The position numbers were made by a program, and so were the translations under genes. Shown in pieces: positions 8,699 to 18,230 of a DNA stretch of 64,000 bases. The stretch lies in assembly GCA_965220965.1 (NCBI GenBank), contig OZ244852.1, positions 2,240,001 to 2,304,000 of the forward strand, read 5' to 3'. Every line of letters starts with the position of its first letter. Position 1 is the stretch's first letter. A model generated the notes under the pieces. It did no database searches. It had not been told where the DNA came from and worked only from the letters and a program-made list of their open reading frames with translations. The DNA comes from Candidatus Marinacidobacterium sp. Lineage in GTDB: Bacteria; Acidobacteriota; Vicinamibacteria; Marinacidobacterales; Marinacidobacteraceae.

Positions 8699-10347
8699 AC
8701 CGGAGGCGAACCCTGACGCTTCTGCTGCTGGGCGGCCTGGCGGCGCCGGGATGCGGCCCCGGGGAGCCGGCGGATCTGCTGTTTCATTCGGGCGTTGTCC
8801 TGACCCTCGACGACGCGGGAACCGAGGGCAGCGCGCTCGCGGTCCGCGACGGGCGGGTCGTGGCCACCGGCGGTGACGAACTGCGGGTCCGGTTCGATGC
8901 GGCGCGCATCGTGGACCTCGCGGGACGGACCCTCATGCCGGGCTTCAACGACGCCCACATCCACATCCGGGGCCGCGCCCGCCGGCACATCGAGCTGGGG
9001 GGCGTGGATTCGCTGGAGGCGATCCAGGAACTGGTGGCTGCCCGGGCGGAGGAACTCGGGGCGGGCGAGTGGATCACCGGATACGGCTGGTCCGAAGACG
9101 AACTGCGGGAGGGAAGGCGCCCGCTCCGCGGTGACCTGGACGCCGCCGCCCCGGACAATCCGGTGATCCTCACCCGCGCCGGCGGGCACAGCGCGGTGGC
9201 GTCGAGCCTGGCGCTCGAACTCGCCGGGGTGGACCGCGACACGCCGCAGCCCGATGGAGGCGTCATCGAGCGCGACGAGGACGGCCAACTGAACGGAGTC
9301 ATCCGGGAGCGTCAGGACCTCGTCTCCCGGCTCGTTCCCGATGCAACCGCCGAAGAGCTGCGGACCAGCTTCGTGGCGGCGCTTCGGGACCTGCTCCGGC
9401 TGGGCATCACGAGCATCCTCCACGCGGGGGTGTCGCCGGAGGGGTACTCCGAGTGGGAGAAGGTCTACGCCGCGCACGGCGTGGAGTTGCCGCGCGCCGC
9501 GGTCCAGATCCGCTGGGCTGGAGCCGACGCGATGGAGCAATTCGGACGGATGAGCGGCGACGGAGACGAGCGGCTCCGGGTGGGCCCGCTCAAGGTGTTC
9601 GTGGACGGCGGTTTCACCGGCCCGGCGGCGTTCACCCGCGAGCCCTACCGTGGTGAGGATTCCTACCGGGGGAGCCTCGTGCGGCCGGAGGAGGAGTTCC
9701 GGGCGATCGTCGACGCCGCCCACGGCATGGGGTGGCAGTTCGCCTTCCACGCCATCGGGGACGCCGCGATCGAGCTCGCGGTGGACGCCTTCGCCGACGC
9801 GCTCGCGGCGCGTCCCCGCGAAGACCACCGGCACGCGCTGAACCACTTCACGGTTCCCCCATCGTGGGAAACGGTGGACCGGATGGCGGATCTGGGCATC
9901 CTGGTCATCCAGCAGCCCAACTTCACCTACACGCTCGAGGGGCGGTACCGCGAGCACCTCGACGGTGACCGGCTGGAGCGGAACAACCCGGTTCGGTCGC
10001 TCACGGACCGCGGCGTCTTCGTCGCGCTCTCGAGCGACATCCTCCCGATCGGGCCGATGGTCGGGGTCTACGCCGCCGCGACCCGCAGGGGAATGTCCGG
10101 CGAGGTCTACGGCGCACCGGAGGCCATAACGGTCGAGGAGGCGCTCCGGGCCTACACCCGGGGCGGCGCCTTCGTGACCCGGGAGGAGGACTTCAAGGGA
10201 ACGCTCGAACCGGGCATGGTGGCCGACCTCATCGTTCTGAACGCCGACCCGAGGGCGGTGGATCCGGAGGATCTCATGGACATCGAGGTCGAGTTGACCA
10301 TCGTCGGCGGCCGGGTGGTCTACGAGGCCGGGATCTTTCCGCCGTAG
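8695..10347 (+). CDS. Amidohydrolase_3 family (YtcJ-like) lipoprotein
   Basis: VDLAGRTLMPGFNDAHIH, KVFVDGG, FHAIGDAA and KGTLEPGMVADLIVL. Lipobox AAPGC. Confidence 0.9.
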   Translation: MNRRRTLTLLLLGGLAAPGCGPGEPADLLFHSGVVLTLDDAGTEGSALAVRDGRVVATGGDELRVRFDAARIVDLAGRTLMPGFNDAHIHIRGRARRHIELGGVDSLEAIQELVAARAEELGAGEWITGYGWSEDELREGRRPLRGDLDAAAPDNPVILTRAGGHSAVASSLALELAGVDRDTPQPDGGVIERDEDGQLNGVIRERQDLVSRLVPDATAEELRTSFVAALRDLLRLGITSILHAGVSPEGYSEWEKVYAAHGVELPRAAVQIRWAGADAMEQFGRMSGDGDERLRVGPLKVFVDGGFTGPAAFTREPYRGEDSYRGSLVRPEEEFRAIVDAAHGMGWQFAFHAIGDAAIELAVDAFADALAARPREDHRHALNHFTVPPSWETVDRMADLGILVIQQPNFTYTLEGRYREHLDGDRLERNNPVRSLTDRGVFVALSSDILPIGPMVGVYAAATRRGMSGEVYGAPEAITVEEALRAYTRGGAFVTREEDFKGTLEPGMVADLIVLNADPRAVDPEDLMDIEVELTIVGGRVVYEAGIFPP

Positions 10348-10372
10348 GTCGTCGTCGCCCCGGCCTCTTGGG

Positions 10373-10981
10373 TCAATCCTCGGAACGAGCGGAAGCCTCC
10401 GTCGCCCGGGGATCACGAGGCCGAGGGGCAGCCGTCCGGCGCATCGCCTCTTCGTAGAGCTCCTCGCGGGTCAGGTTCTCCCGGGAGCGAAGTCCCACGC
10501 CGCGCTCGTCGAAGTCCGCCAGCACCGCGTTCAGGTCGCGACGGGAAGCGGACGCCGGCCGGGCGCCCTCCGATACACCGGTCCCCGCGCTCGCGCCGAC
10601 GCGGGCGTCATCCGCCGCACGGGACGCGGGCGGCGCCACCGAGTCCGCGACCCAGTCGAGGTAGGCGGCGGAGCCGGCGCCGGCCTCGAAGGCCAGGAAC
10701 TCCGGCGTGTCGTAGGGATGGAGTTCCAGGAGGCGCGTCTCGAGCGCGGAGAGCGCGTCGGCCGTCGTCTTCAGCAGCAGCAGGACCTCGGAGTCCTGGT
10801 GGATCCGACCTTGCCAGCGGTAGACCGAAAGGAGTCCGGGAACGATGTTGGCGCAGGCCGCAAGGCGCTCTTCCAACAGCGCGGCGGCGATGCGGCGGGC
10901 CTCGGCGGCGCCGGGCGCGGTCGTGAGCGCCAGCCAGACCGGTCGGGAGGAGGGGTCCGGCGAGGCCGAAACGCTGGCCAT
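10373..10981 (-). CDS. cutA: Divalent-cation tolerance protein CutA with C-terminal extension
   Basis: LLEERLAACANI, SVYRWQGRI, LLLKTT, HPYDTPE and YLDWV, plus about 85 extra C-terminal residues. Confidence 0.9.
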   Translation of the reverse strand: MASVSASPDPSSRPVWLALTTAPGAAEARRIAAALLEERLAACANIVPGLLSVYRWQGRIHQDSEVLLLLKTTADALSALETRLLELHPYDTPEFLAFEAGAGSAAYLDWVADSVAPPASRAADDARVGASAGTGVSEGARPASASRRDLNAVLADFDERGVGLRSRENLTREELYEEAMRRTAAPRPRDPRATEASARSED

Positions 10982-11613
10982 CAGGCCTCCCCGGCCACCT
11001 CGGAGGCGAGCGCCTCCGCCAGCGCAAACGCGGCGCGAGCCGCCCGGGCTGCGACCTGCGGCTGATCGAGTCCGGCGCCCACCCGATCGATCTCCGAGCG
11101 GGTGCGGCGCCAGGTCTCCCGCTGGTCGTCTCCGTAGGGGTCGAAGTAGTCCAGGTGATCCGCCAGTTCGGGACGGGTCGCCGTCAGCGCGCGCCGGATG
11201 AACCGGTTCCCGTTCATCGAACCCTCGATGACGTAGAAGACCCCGAGGCTCGCCTCCGCTGGCCAGGAGGCGCCGCCCAGGCGGTCGGTGAACTCGCGGA
11301 CCGCCGCTGACGGCGGCGGGTCGGGTTCCCCGTTCCGGAGCCCCACGAGGTCGGACTCGAGACGGGTGGCGTGAGCGTTCAGCGCCTCGGCGAACGGACG
11401 GCCCGCAGCTCCGAGCGAACCGAGGCGTGATGCGACCGCGCGGATCAGTTCGAGCTGGCCCGCCTGGTGGCGGAGGAGCGCGGATCGGGAGACGGTCCCC
11501 CGGACGAGCGATTGCTGGAAGGAGTGGCTCTCCGCCGCGCGGTGGGCCTCGGCGGTTTCCGCCTTCAGAACGTCGGCGAGGCCGGAAGCGGCGGCGCCAT
11601 TGGTCGCGGACAT
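10981..11613 (-). CDS. Biliverdin-producing heme oxygenase
   Basis: LKAETAEAHRAAE (proximal His), distal helix YVIEGSMNGNRFI and YFDPYG. TGATG-coupled to cutA. Confidence 0.88.
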   Translation of the reverse strand: MSATNGAAASGLADVLKAETAEAHRAAESHSFQQSLVRGTVSRSALLRHQAGQLELIRAVASRLGSLGAAGRPFAEALNAHATRLESDLVGLRNGEPDPPPSAAVREFTDRLGGASWPAEASLGVFYVIEGSMNGNRFIRRALTATRPELADHLDYFDPYGDDQRETWRRTRSEIDRVGAGLDQPQVAARAARAAFALAEALASEVAGEA

Positions 11614-11620
11614 GAGCCGA

Positions 11621-11773
11621 TCAGGAAACTCTCCACGCGGCCCACGCGGCGGCGGCGAACACCGCGAGCCAGACGAGCCCCTTGATGAAGAAGAAGAGGA
11701 AGGCGGCCCCGGCCAGCCGCTTCGCCAGCGGCGACTTCATGAGGCGGGAGCGCAAAGTGGAACCGGTTTTCAT
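11621..11773 (-). CDS. Small (50 aa) membrane protein
   Basis: MKTGSTLRSRLMKSPLAKRLAGAAFLFFFIKGLVWLAVFAAAAWAAWRVS: basic N-terminus plus hydrophobic FFFIKGLVWL segment, TATGCT 12 nt upstream, ending 7 nt before the heme oxygenase. Confidence 0.65.
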   Translation of the reverse strand: MKTGSTLRSRLMKSPLAKRLAGAAFLFFFIKGLVWLAVFAAAAWAAWRVS

Positions 11774-11829
11774 CTTCGGGGAGGAAGCATAGCCGGGGGC
11801 GAGGAACCAGACCCGGCGAGCGCGCCCCG

Positions 11830-13392
11830 TCAGCGGCCGGCGGCGGCGAGCCGGCGGAAGCGCGTGGCGCCGATGGCCAGCGTCGCCGGGCGTCCCCGGG
11901 AGTCGAGGTGGAACGTGACGAGAGCCTCGCCGCGCCAGCGCGCGTCCCACCGGACCTCGAAGGTGTCGAAGTTCCAGTGGGTCAGGGGTCCCTGGAGGCC
12001 AGGCCCGAGCGCCAGCCGGAGGCCGCCCTCGCCGGAGGTCACGGTCACCTTCCCTCCGATCGGATGGTCGTAGGTTCCGGCGTAGGACGCGGGATCAAGA
12101 CTCGGCCTGGTTCCCTCCACGCGGCCGGCGCGCAGCCGCTCGACGGCTTCGCGCTGCGCGGCGGCGAGCCCGTCGTAGAGCGCGAGCAGCTCGGCGCTCC
12201 AGTCACGGGGAGCCGATTCCGCCTCCAGGCCGAGGAGCGCGTCGAAGGCCGCGAACAGGAGCGCGTGACGCACCTCGACGTGGTCGCGGTTGCCCAGAAC
12301 GTAGACCCCGATGCCGCGGTCCCGGATCAGACCGGCGATGGCGACCATCCCGTCGATGCTCCCGGTGTGGAAGTCCACCGCCTGCCCCCGGTAGTCCTGC
12401 TGGAACCAGCCGAGCCCGTAGGTGACCCATTTGGGTCGGGTGACGCCCGCGGTGGGATAGAACCCGGCCCGGTCGACCAGCGCCTGGGGCCGGAACATCT
12501 CCTCGACGACCGCCTCGCTCAGAATTCGGGTTCCGTCGGCCGCCACCCCGCCAGCCAGCAGCATGCGCAGCCAGCGGGACATCTCGTCCACGGAACTCCA
12601 CACCGAGCCGGCGGCCGCCACCGCGTCGACCGACGCGTTGTCGATGACCACCGTCTCGCCGTCCACCACGTGGTGGGGCGAGGCTACGTTCGTCCGGGTC
12701 CGGGTCAGCGAGAGAAGTGGAACCGTGCGGTCCATGCCCAGCGGTCGGAGGAGCCGGGTCGCAACAAAGTCATGCCACGGCATCCCGGACACCCGGCGCA
12801 CGACTTCCCCCGCCGTGGCGTACATCACGTTCTGGTAGATGTAGCCGGAACGCATCGAGTAGGCCGGCTCGACATCGCGCAGGCGGGACAGCATCTCGTC
12901 CATGTCGGGTTCGCGGCCGTACCAGAAGACATCGGTGTTCGGGAGCCCGCCCCGGTGGGTCAGCAGATCGCGGACCGTCATCTCCCCGCTGACCCAGGGG
13001 TCCTTCACCTCGAATTCGGGAATGTGCCGACGGACGGGATCGTCCCAGTCCAGCCGTCCCTCATCCACCAGGATCCCGATGGCGGCGGCGGTCATGGCCT
13101 TCGTCGTGGAACCGACGGCAAACAGGGTGTGCTCGTCCACCCGCTCCGGCCGTCCCAGCTCGAGCACGCCGTAACCCCGGGCGAACCGGAGCTGGTCGCC
13201 CTCCACCACCGCGACAGCGAGTCCGGTGGCGTTCCAGTCGACCGCCGCCCGCTCGACGAGCGCGTGGAAGGCCTCCGGATCGAACTCCGCCGGCAGCGCG
13301 ACCGCCGGGTGGGCGAGCGCAGCGACGACGACCGCCGCGGCCGGGCGCCCGCAGGGCCGACGGCGCGGCGGGGCGACCGAAGCGGTTCTCAT
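11830..13392 (-). CDS. Serine hydrolase, beta-lactamase class C-like, with C-terminal DUF3471-like domain
   Basis: SxxK (GSTTKA), YxN (YQN), HTG motif, LLTHRGGL and a signal peptide. Confidence 0.9.
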   Translation of the reverse strand: MRTASVAPPRRRPCGRPAAAVVVAALAHPAVALPAEFDPEAFHALVERAAVDWNATGLAVAVVEGDQLRFARGYGVLELGRPERVDEHTLFAVGSTTKAMTAAAIGILVDEGRLDWDDPVRRHIPEFEVKDPWVSGEMTVRDLLTHRGGLPNTDVFWYGREPDMDEMLSRLRDVEPAYSMRSGYIYQNVMYATAGEVVRRVSGMPWHDFVATRLLRPLGMDRTVPLLSLTRTRTNVASPHHVVDGETVVIDNASVDAVAAAGSVWSSVDEMSRWLRMLLAGGVAADGTRILSEAVVEEMFRPQALVDRAGFYPTAGVTRPKWVTYGLGWFQQDYRGQAVDFHTGSIDGMVAIAGLIRDRGIGVYVLGNRDHVEVRHALLFAAFDALLGLEAESAPRDWSAELLALYDGLAAAQREAVERLRAGRVEGTRPSLDPASYAGTYDHPIGGKVTVTSGEGGLRLALGPGLQGPLTHWNFDTFEVRWDARWRGEALVTFHLDSRGRPATLAIGATRFRRLAAAGR

Positions 13393-13432
13393 GGCGTCTC
13401 CTCCCACGCTCGCGGGGCTGTGGACCGCCCGA

Positions 13433-14341
13433 TCAGCGCTCGCAACCCGGCTCGCCGGGGATGAGCGGCCGCGCGATCAACTGGTAGAGGCTCCCCTCGT
13501 ATTCCCAGCGGACTCCGTGGTTCGCGCCGGCGAAGACCTCGAGAAGGTTCCCGGCGACGGCCCCCTCGTAGATGCGGCACTCGAAACCTGCGGTTGCGGG
13601 GGGAGGATCGGGAAGCGGCCAGGGCCGCTCGGTGAGCACCGAGGGGTCGAAGATCTCACCGGAACCGGCGTAGACCTGCAGCCGGTCCCCCGTCCACTCC
13701 ACGGACCCGGCGGCGACCCCCTTCCCGTCAAGGTGATCGATGAGGTTGCGGATCAGCGTCACCCGGGGATCGCGATGGAACTCGGAGTGGTAGGCGTCGA
13801 TCGTCAGCACATGGGTTCCGCTGCGGTCGGTGAACACCACGTCCAGCGCCGGGGCGTCGGCGAGAACCGGGCGGTCCGACGGCTGTTCGATCCGCTCCTC
13901 GTCCAGCTCGTGAAGGCCGATCTCCTGAATCAGTTCGAGCACCGCGTCGAAGTCGTCGCCGTGGATCTCCGCAAGCTGGATCGATGGCAGCAGGGGTCCG
14001 GGATAGATCGCGATGACCGGCCCCTCGGACCACAGATTCCCCGCGCCGGAGAGCGCGTAGAGCGGCGGCTGGCCGAGGGCGTACTCGATGGGCGTGAAAC
14101 TGGGGCCCTCCCACAGGACGAGGAACAGCGCGTCCGGGTCCGTCGGCAGATCGAGGCCCGGCTCCGGATCGGGCGGCGGAGCCGTCGGGGGCGTCACCGG
14201 CGCCGTCGGCGTCACCGGATCGGCGTCGTCGCCGCACCCGAATGTCAGGAGCCCGACGCACAGGATCGCAGGCGGCCAGCCAAACCGGCCGAACCGAGCG
14301 GGAAGGGACAGGAAACGGGGCGTCAGGTGCGAGGTCATCAT
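13433..14341 (-). CDS. Hypothetical lipoprotein
   Basis: Lipobox LTFGC, Pro-rich linker, then a globular region (IAIYPGPLLP...ARPLIPGE). Start overlaps the VIT1 stop. Confidence 0.65.
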   Translation of the reverse strand: MMTSHLTPRFLSLPARFGRFGWPPAILCVGLLTFGCGDDADPVTPTAPVTPPTAPPPDPEPGLDLPTDPDALFLVLWEGPSFTPIEYALGQPPLYALSGAGNLWSEGPVIAIYPGPLLPSIQLAEIHGDDFDAVLELIQEIGLHELDEERIEQPSDRPVLADAPALDVVFTDRSGTHVLTIDAYHSEFHRDPRVTLIRNLIDHLDGKGVAAGSVEWTGDRLQVYAGSGEIFDPSVLTERPWPLPDPPPATAGFECRIYEGAVAGNLLEVFAGANHGVRWEYEGSLYQLIARPLIPGEPGCER

Positions 14342-15435
14342 GGCGAAATGGCCCCGGACAGGAAACGCGCCAGCGCGAAGAGCGCGAGGCCGAGACCTGC
14401 TCCGACGCCAGCAAGCCGAAGGCCGCTCATCCAGGCGCTCCGACCGGTGAACAGGCTGGTCGCCGCGCCGGCCGCGAACAGGGCGACGACCGAGAGGATC
14501 GCCGAACCGAGGAACGCGCCGCCAGTTTCCGGGGAGGCCGAAGACAGCCCGAGCAGGCCGACGAGCGGGATGGCCGCCCCGGCGCCAAAGCTCAGGAACG
14601 ACGCTGCGCCGGAGGCCCACGGAGAGCCCAGGTCGTCGGGGTTCAGCCCGAGTTCCTCCCGGGAGAGGATGTCGAGAGCGCGCTTCGGATCCTGAATCAG
14701 GCGGTGGCCCAGCTTCCGGGCCTCGTCTCTGGGCACGCCGCGGGCCTCGAAGATCAGCGCCAGCTCCTCGGCTTCGTCCTCGGGGTAGAGGCGGAGCTCT
14801 TCCTCCTCGAGCGCGATCTGGCGTTCGAAGAGCTCGATCCGGGACCGCGTCCCGAGGTACTCCCCGGCGCCCATGGACACCGCGCCGGCGAGCATGCCAG
14901 CGGATCCGACGAGCAGCGCGGTCGCCGGGTCGCCGCCGAACCCGCCCACCGCCAGAACGAGCGCGGTGTTCGACACGAGGCCGTCGTTCACTCCGAAGAC
15001 GGCGGCGTGGAGCGCCACCGTGCCCCGCGCGTAGAGGTGGCGCTGCTCCTCCTCCAGACGATGACGGTCGGTGGGCTCGGGATCTTCCGCATCGATCCGG
15101 CTCAGGGCCTCGAGGCTCGAAGGGGCGGCCCGGTAAACCGAGAGTCCCCGCACCTTGAGCGCCGCGAGCGCCGGCAGCAGCGAGCGCGGACCGAGCCGGC
15201 GGAGCAGGAAGCCCACGAGCCGAACCCGGGGCGTCGCGCGGTAGGGGCCGGGGGCCGGCTCCCCGGCCTTTTCGATCTCCTTTTCCCAGGCGCGTCCCTG
15301 CTCGAGGGCGTCCTCGCCGAGCGCCTCGAAGAGACGGCGGTTCGCCCCGGTCTCGATCGTGGCCAGAACGCGGTAGAGCCAGGCCGCCTGGACCTCGCTC
15401 TCCCAACTGTCCCGCAGGGAGGTCGGCTTCGCCAT
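14338..15435 (-). CDS. VIT1/CCC1-family Fe/Mn transporter with N-terminal ferritin/rubrerythrin-like domain
   Basis: AAVFGVNDGLVSN, AGAVSMGAGEYL and REELGLNPDDLGSP. Confidence 0.9.
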   Translation of the reverse strand: MAKPTSLRDSWESEVQAAWLYRVLATIETGANRRLFEALGEDALEQGRAWEKEIEKAGEPAPGPYRATPRVRLVGFLLRRLGPRSLLPALAALKVRGLSVYRAAPSSLEALSRIDAEDPEPTDRHRLEEEQRHLYARGTVALHAAVFGVNDGLVSNTALVLAVGGFGGDPATALLVGSAGMLAGAVSMGAGEYLGTRSRIELFERQIALEEEELRLYPEDEAEELALIFEARGVPRDEARKLGHRLIQDPKRALDILSREELGLNPDDLGSPWASGAASFLSFGAGAAIPLVGLLGLSSASPETGGAFLGSAILSVVALFAAGAATSLFTGRSAWMSGLRLAGVGAGLGLALFALARFLSGAISP

Positions 15436-15474
15436 GTCCTGACCGCGCATTCTGTCGCAGCGCGGCGGAAGCGG

Positions 15475-16410
15475 CTAGCGGTCCGGAGCCTTCTTCTCCC
15501 GCTCGATGACGCGCATCGCGGTGGTGACGAAGCCCGCCACGTCGGCGAGATTCGCCGGGAGGATCACCGTGTTGGAGTCCTGGGCGATCCGGCCGAACTC
15601 GGTCACGTACTGCTCGGCCACCCGGATGCGGGCGGCCTCGATCCCGCCGTCGGCGCGGACCGCCGAGGCGACCTTCAGGATCCCCTCCGAGGTCGCCGTC
15701 GCCACCGCCAGAATGGCCTGCGCCTCCCCCTCGGCCTCGTTGATCTGCTTCTGGCGCTGGGCCTCCGACTCCCGGATGACCCGCTGCTTCTCGCCTTCGG
15801 CCCGGTTGATCTGCGACTCGCGGTCCGCCTCGGACTCGAGAATCGTGGCCCGCTTCTCGCGTTCCGCGCGCATCTGCTTCTCCATCGCGGTCAGCACGTC
15901 GCGCGGCGGGGTGATGTCGCGGATCTCGTAGCGGAGGACCTTGACGCCCCAGGGATCGCTCGCCTTGTCCACTTCCTGGACGACCGCGCCGTTGATCGTC
16001 GCCCGCTCCTCGAAAGTGCGGTCGAGGTCGATCTTGCCGACCTCGCTACGCAGCGTGGTCTGGGCGAGCTGGGTGATGGCGAAGGTGTAGTTCGCGATGC
16101 CGTAGGACGCCCGGTTCGGGTCCACGACCTGGAGGTAGAGGACGCCGTCCACCTGGATCTGCACGTTGTCGCGGGTGATGCACAACTGCTGCGGGATGTC
16201 GACCGCGCGCTCCTTCAGCGAGTGCCGGTAGGCGACGCGGTCGAGGAAGGGAATCAGCAGGTGGAAGCCCGGCTCGAGGGTGGTGTGGTAGCGGCCCAGC
16301 CGCTCCACCACGAAGGCGGTCTGCTGGGGAACCACCCGCGCGGTCTTGGCCACCGTCACGATGGCCAGGAGCGCGAGAAAACCGAAGACGATCAGGGGCA
16401 GCATGCTCAT
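15475..16410 (-). CDS. SPFH/stomatin-family protein (QmcA-like)
   Basis: VVPQQTAFVVERLGRY, CITRDNVQI, LAQTTLRSEVG and WGVKVLRYEIRDI. Confidence 0.93.
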   Translation of the reverse strand: MSMLPLIVFGFLALLAIVTVAKTARVVPQQTAFVVERLGRYHTTLEPGFHLLIPFLDRVAYRHSLKERAVDIPQQLCITRDNVQIQVDGVLYLQVVDPNRASYGIANYTFAITQLAQTTLRSEVGKIDLDRTFEERATINGAVVQEVDKASDPWGVKVLRYEIRDITPPRDVLTAMEKQMRAEREKRATILESEADRESQINRAEGEKQRVIRESEAQRQKQINEAEGEAQAILAVATATSEGILKVASAVRADGGIEAARIRVAEQYVTEFGRIAQDSNTVILPANLADVAGFVTTAMRVIEREKKAPDR

Positions 16411-16880
16411 GGACGGTCCTCCTGTTCGCGGCCGGGAGACCCGGACGCGCCGCCGTCCCGGTGGCCTGTCGGCTCCACCTGGAGCCGGATGCCTTCCACC
16501 GCCGTCACCCGCACCGAGGCGTCTTCGGCGAGGTCGGCCTCGGAAATGGCCCTCCACGAGGAGCCGCGTACTTCCACCTGGCCCATGCCGGCTTGCGCCG
16601 ACCAGCGGGTCACCGTCCCGATCTCCCCGACGAGCGCCTCGGACCCCTGCGGGACGGCGGATCGCGCGGAGGGCGCGAGCCGGCGCCGCAGGAAGAACAC
16701 GGAAACCAGCAGCAGCGCGAAGACGACGAGCTGGAGCTCCGGGCCGGGCAGCCCGAAGGCCGCCAGCAGTCCCACGAGGATCGCGGCGATGCCGGTCAGC
16801 AGCAGCCAGAGCTCCCCGCCAGCGAAGATCTCGAGCGCCACCAGCGCGAGCCCCCCGAGGACCCAGACGAGCCAGCCCAT
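16407..16880 (-). CDS. NfeD-family protein
   Basis: Three TM helices plus OB-fold motif GQVEVRGSSWRA. ATGA overlap with the SPFH gene, the classic NfeD-SPFH pairing. Confidence 0.88.
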   Translation of the reverse strand: MGWLVWVLGGLALVALEIFAGGELWLLLTGIAAILVGLLAAFGLPGPELQLVVFALLLVSVFFLRRRLAPSARSAVPQGSEALVGEIGTVTRWSAQAGMGQVEVRGSSWRAISEADLAEDASVRVTAVEGIRLQVEPTGHRDGGASGSPGREQEDRP

Positions 16881-16952
16881 GGGCGGACGATACCGGAAGC
16901 CGAAGCCGCGGCGGGAGAGCCCCGATGTCGCCTTCTCAGGGCGCCGAGGGGA

Positions 16953-18230
16953 TCAGCGGCGGTCGGAGCGTGGCGCCGGGTGGGCGCCCGGTGGGGCGGC
17001 GTCGGGCCAGGGAGACTCGCGGAGCGCCTCCGCCCAGTCCACCAGGGCGGGGTCGGCGTCGGAGCGGACGACCCGGAGGTAGTCGGACTGCGCCCGCCCG
17101 CGCGCTCCGGCACCGTCCAGCGCGTTGGCGCGGCGGAAGTGGAGGGTGGCCCGAACGACATCCTCGGCTCCGGCTTCGAGGCCCCGGGTCAGGACGGCTT
17201 CCGCCTCTTCCCAGCGTTCGGCGAAGAGAAGCGCTTCCCCGAGTCGCGCCTCCGGAAGGCCGGGGGCGGCGAGGTGGTAGTTGCCGAATCCGCCGGCGCG
17301 CCGTTCCAGGACCTCTTCGGCTCGCTCCCGGGCGAGGGCGAACTCGCCGAGGCTGTTGAGGACGCTGACCTCCTCAAGCGCGAAATCCGGATTTCGGGGG
17401 AATTGGCGCCGGAGGCGGCGCACCGCGTCGAGGGCCTCGGCGAACCGCTCCTCGCGCTGCATGAGGAGCGCCCAGGTCCACAGCGCTCCCCACCTCGCCC
17501 GAACCCCCTCCTCGGCGGTGATCCGGACCCCCTCGAGCCCGCGCTCCCGGTCGCCGCGGACGCCGAACAGGAAAGCGAGCGCCCGAAGGGCGCGCGGCAG
17601 CGTCGCGATCCCGTACTCGTAGGCGCCGGGCACGGCGTAAGCGTCCCGGAATCCCGGGTCCAGCTCCTGGACTCTCCGAAGCCGCCCGGTGGCCCGCCGG
17701 ATCGTGCGGGCGGCGCGGAACCAGGCGCGCTCCACGATGATGGACCAGCCGGCGTCGAGCGCTTCGATCGCGCCCCGGTAGTAGAGCCCCTCGCTGTCGT
17801 CGGGGTCCGCCGCCAGCATGCCGTCCGCGCGGCGATAGGCCTCGGTCATGTGCCTGCGAAAGGCCTCCTCCTCGGCTGGCGTCGCCTCGATGCGTCCGGT
17901 CTGCGACACATAGCGGTCGTTGCGCAGGTTCGAGCCGCGCATCCCGTTGCTGCGCTGGGCGAGGCGGGTCCAGATCACGGTGGCGAGGTTGTAGGGCCCC
18001 GTCGGATGGTCCGGGCGCTGCTCGCTGAGCGAGGCGTAGTACTCGTTGGCGCGATCGAAGTCGTAGTCGAAGAGAAGCTGCGCGCCAGGACGCACCGGCG
18101 GCGCCCGATCGGCGGCCGTCGGCGACTGTCCGGGACCGGAGAGCGCCGTAGCCACGCCGGCGAAGAGCAGAAGGGCGACCCCTCCCGCAAGCGCGCCGAT
18201 GCGAGCGCGACGATGGATCAGAAGGTCCAC
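16953..18230 (-). CDS. Secreted tetratricopeptide-repeat protein
   Basis: Signal-like segment and helical repeats (DPGFRDAYAVPGAYEY, RGDRERGLE, FPRNPDF). Start uncertain (GTG 18230). Confidence 0.65.
   Translation of the reverse strand: MDLLIHRRARIGALAGGVALLLFAGVATALSGPGQSPTAADRAPPVRPGAQLLFDYDFDRANEYYASLSEQRPDHPTGPYNLATVIWTRLAQRSNGMRGSNLRNDRYVSQTGRIEATPAEEEAFRRHMTEAYRRADGMLAADPDDSEGLYYRGAIEALDAGWSIIVERAWFRAARTIRRATGRLRRVQELDPGFRDAYAVPGAYEYGIATLPRALRALAFLFGVRGDRERGLEGVRITAEEGVRARWGALWTWALLMQREERFAEALDAVRRLRRQFPRNPDFALEEVSVLNSLGEFALARERAEEVLERRAGGFGNYHLAAPGLPEARLGEALLFAERWEEAEAVLTRGLEAGAEDVVRATLHFRRANALDGAGARGRAQSDYLRVVRSDADPALVDWAEALRESPWPDAAPPGAHPAPRSDRR

Noticed and set aside
11830-13392. 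Antibiotic-resistance beta-lactamase
   Set aside because: The length, HTG motif and C-terminal extra domain fit the widespread peptidase/esterase-like serine hydrolases, so resistance cannot be inferred.
14242-17082. Very long ORFs opposite or overlapping real genes (e.g. 14242-17082, 27819-30566, 41001-43640, 43430-46036, 18269-20716)
   Set aside because: Shadow frames caused by high GC codon bias. They have Arg/Pro/Gly-rich or antisense-typical composition and no motifs, and the opposite strand has clear family signatures.
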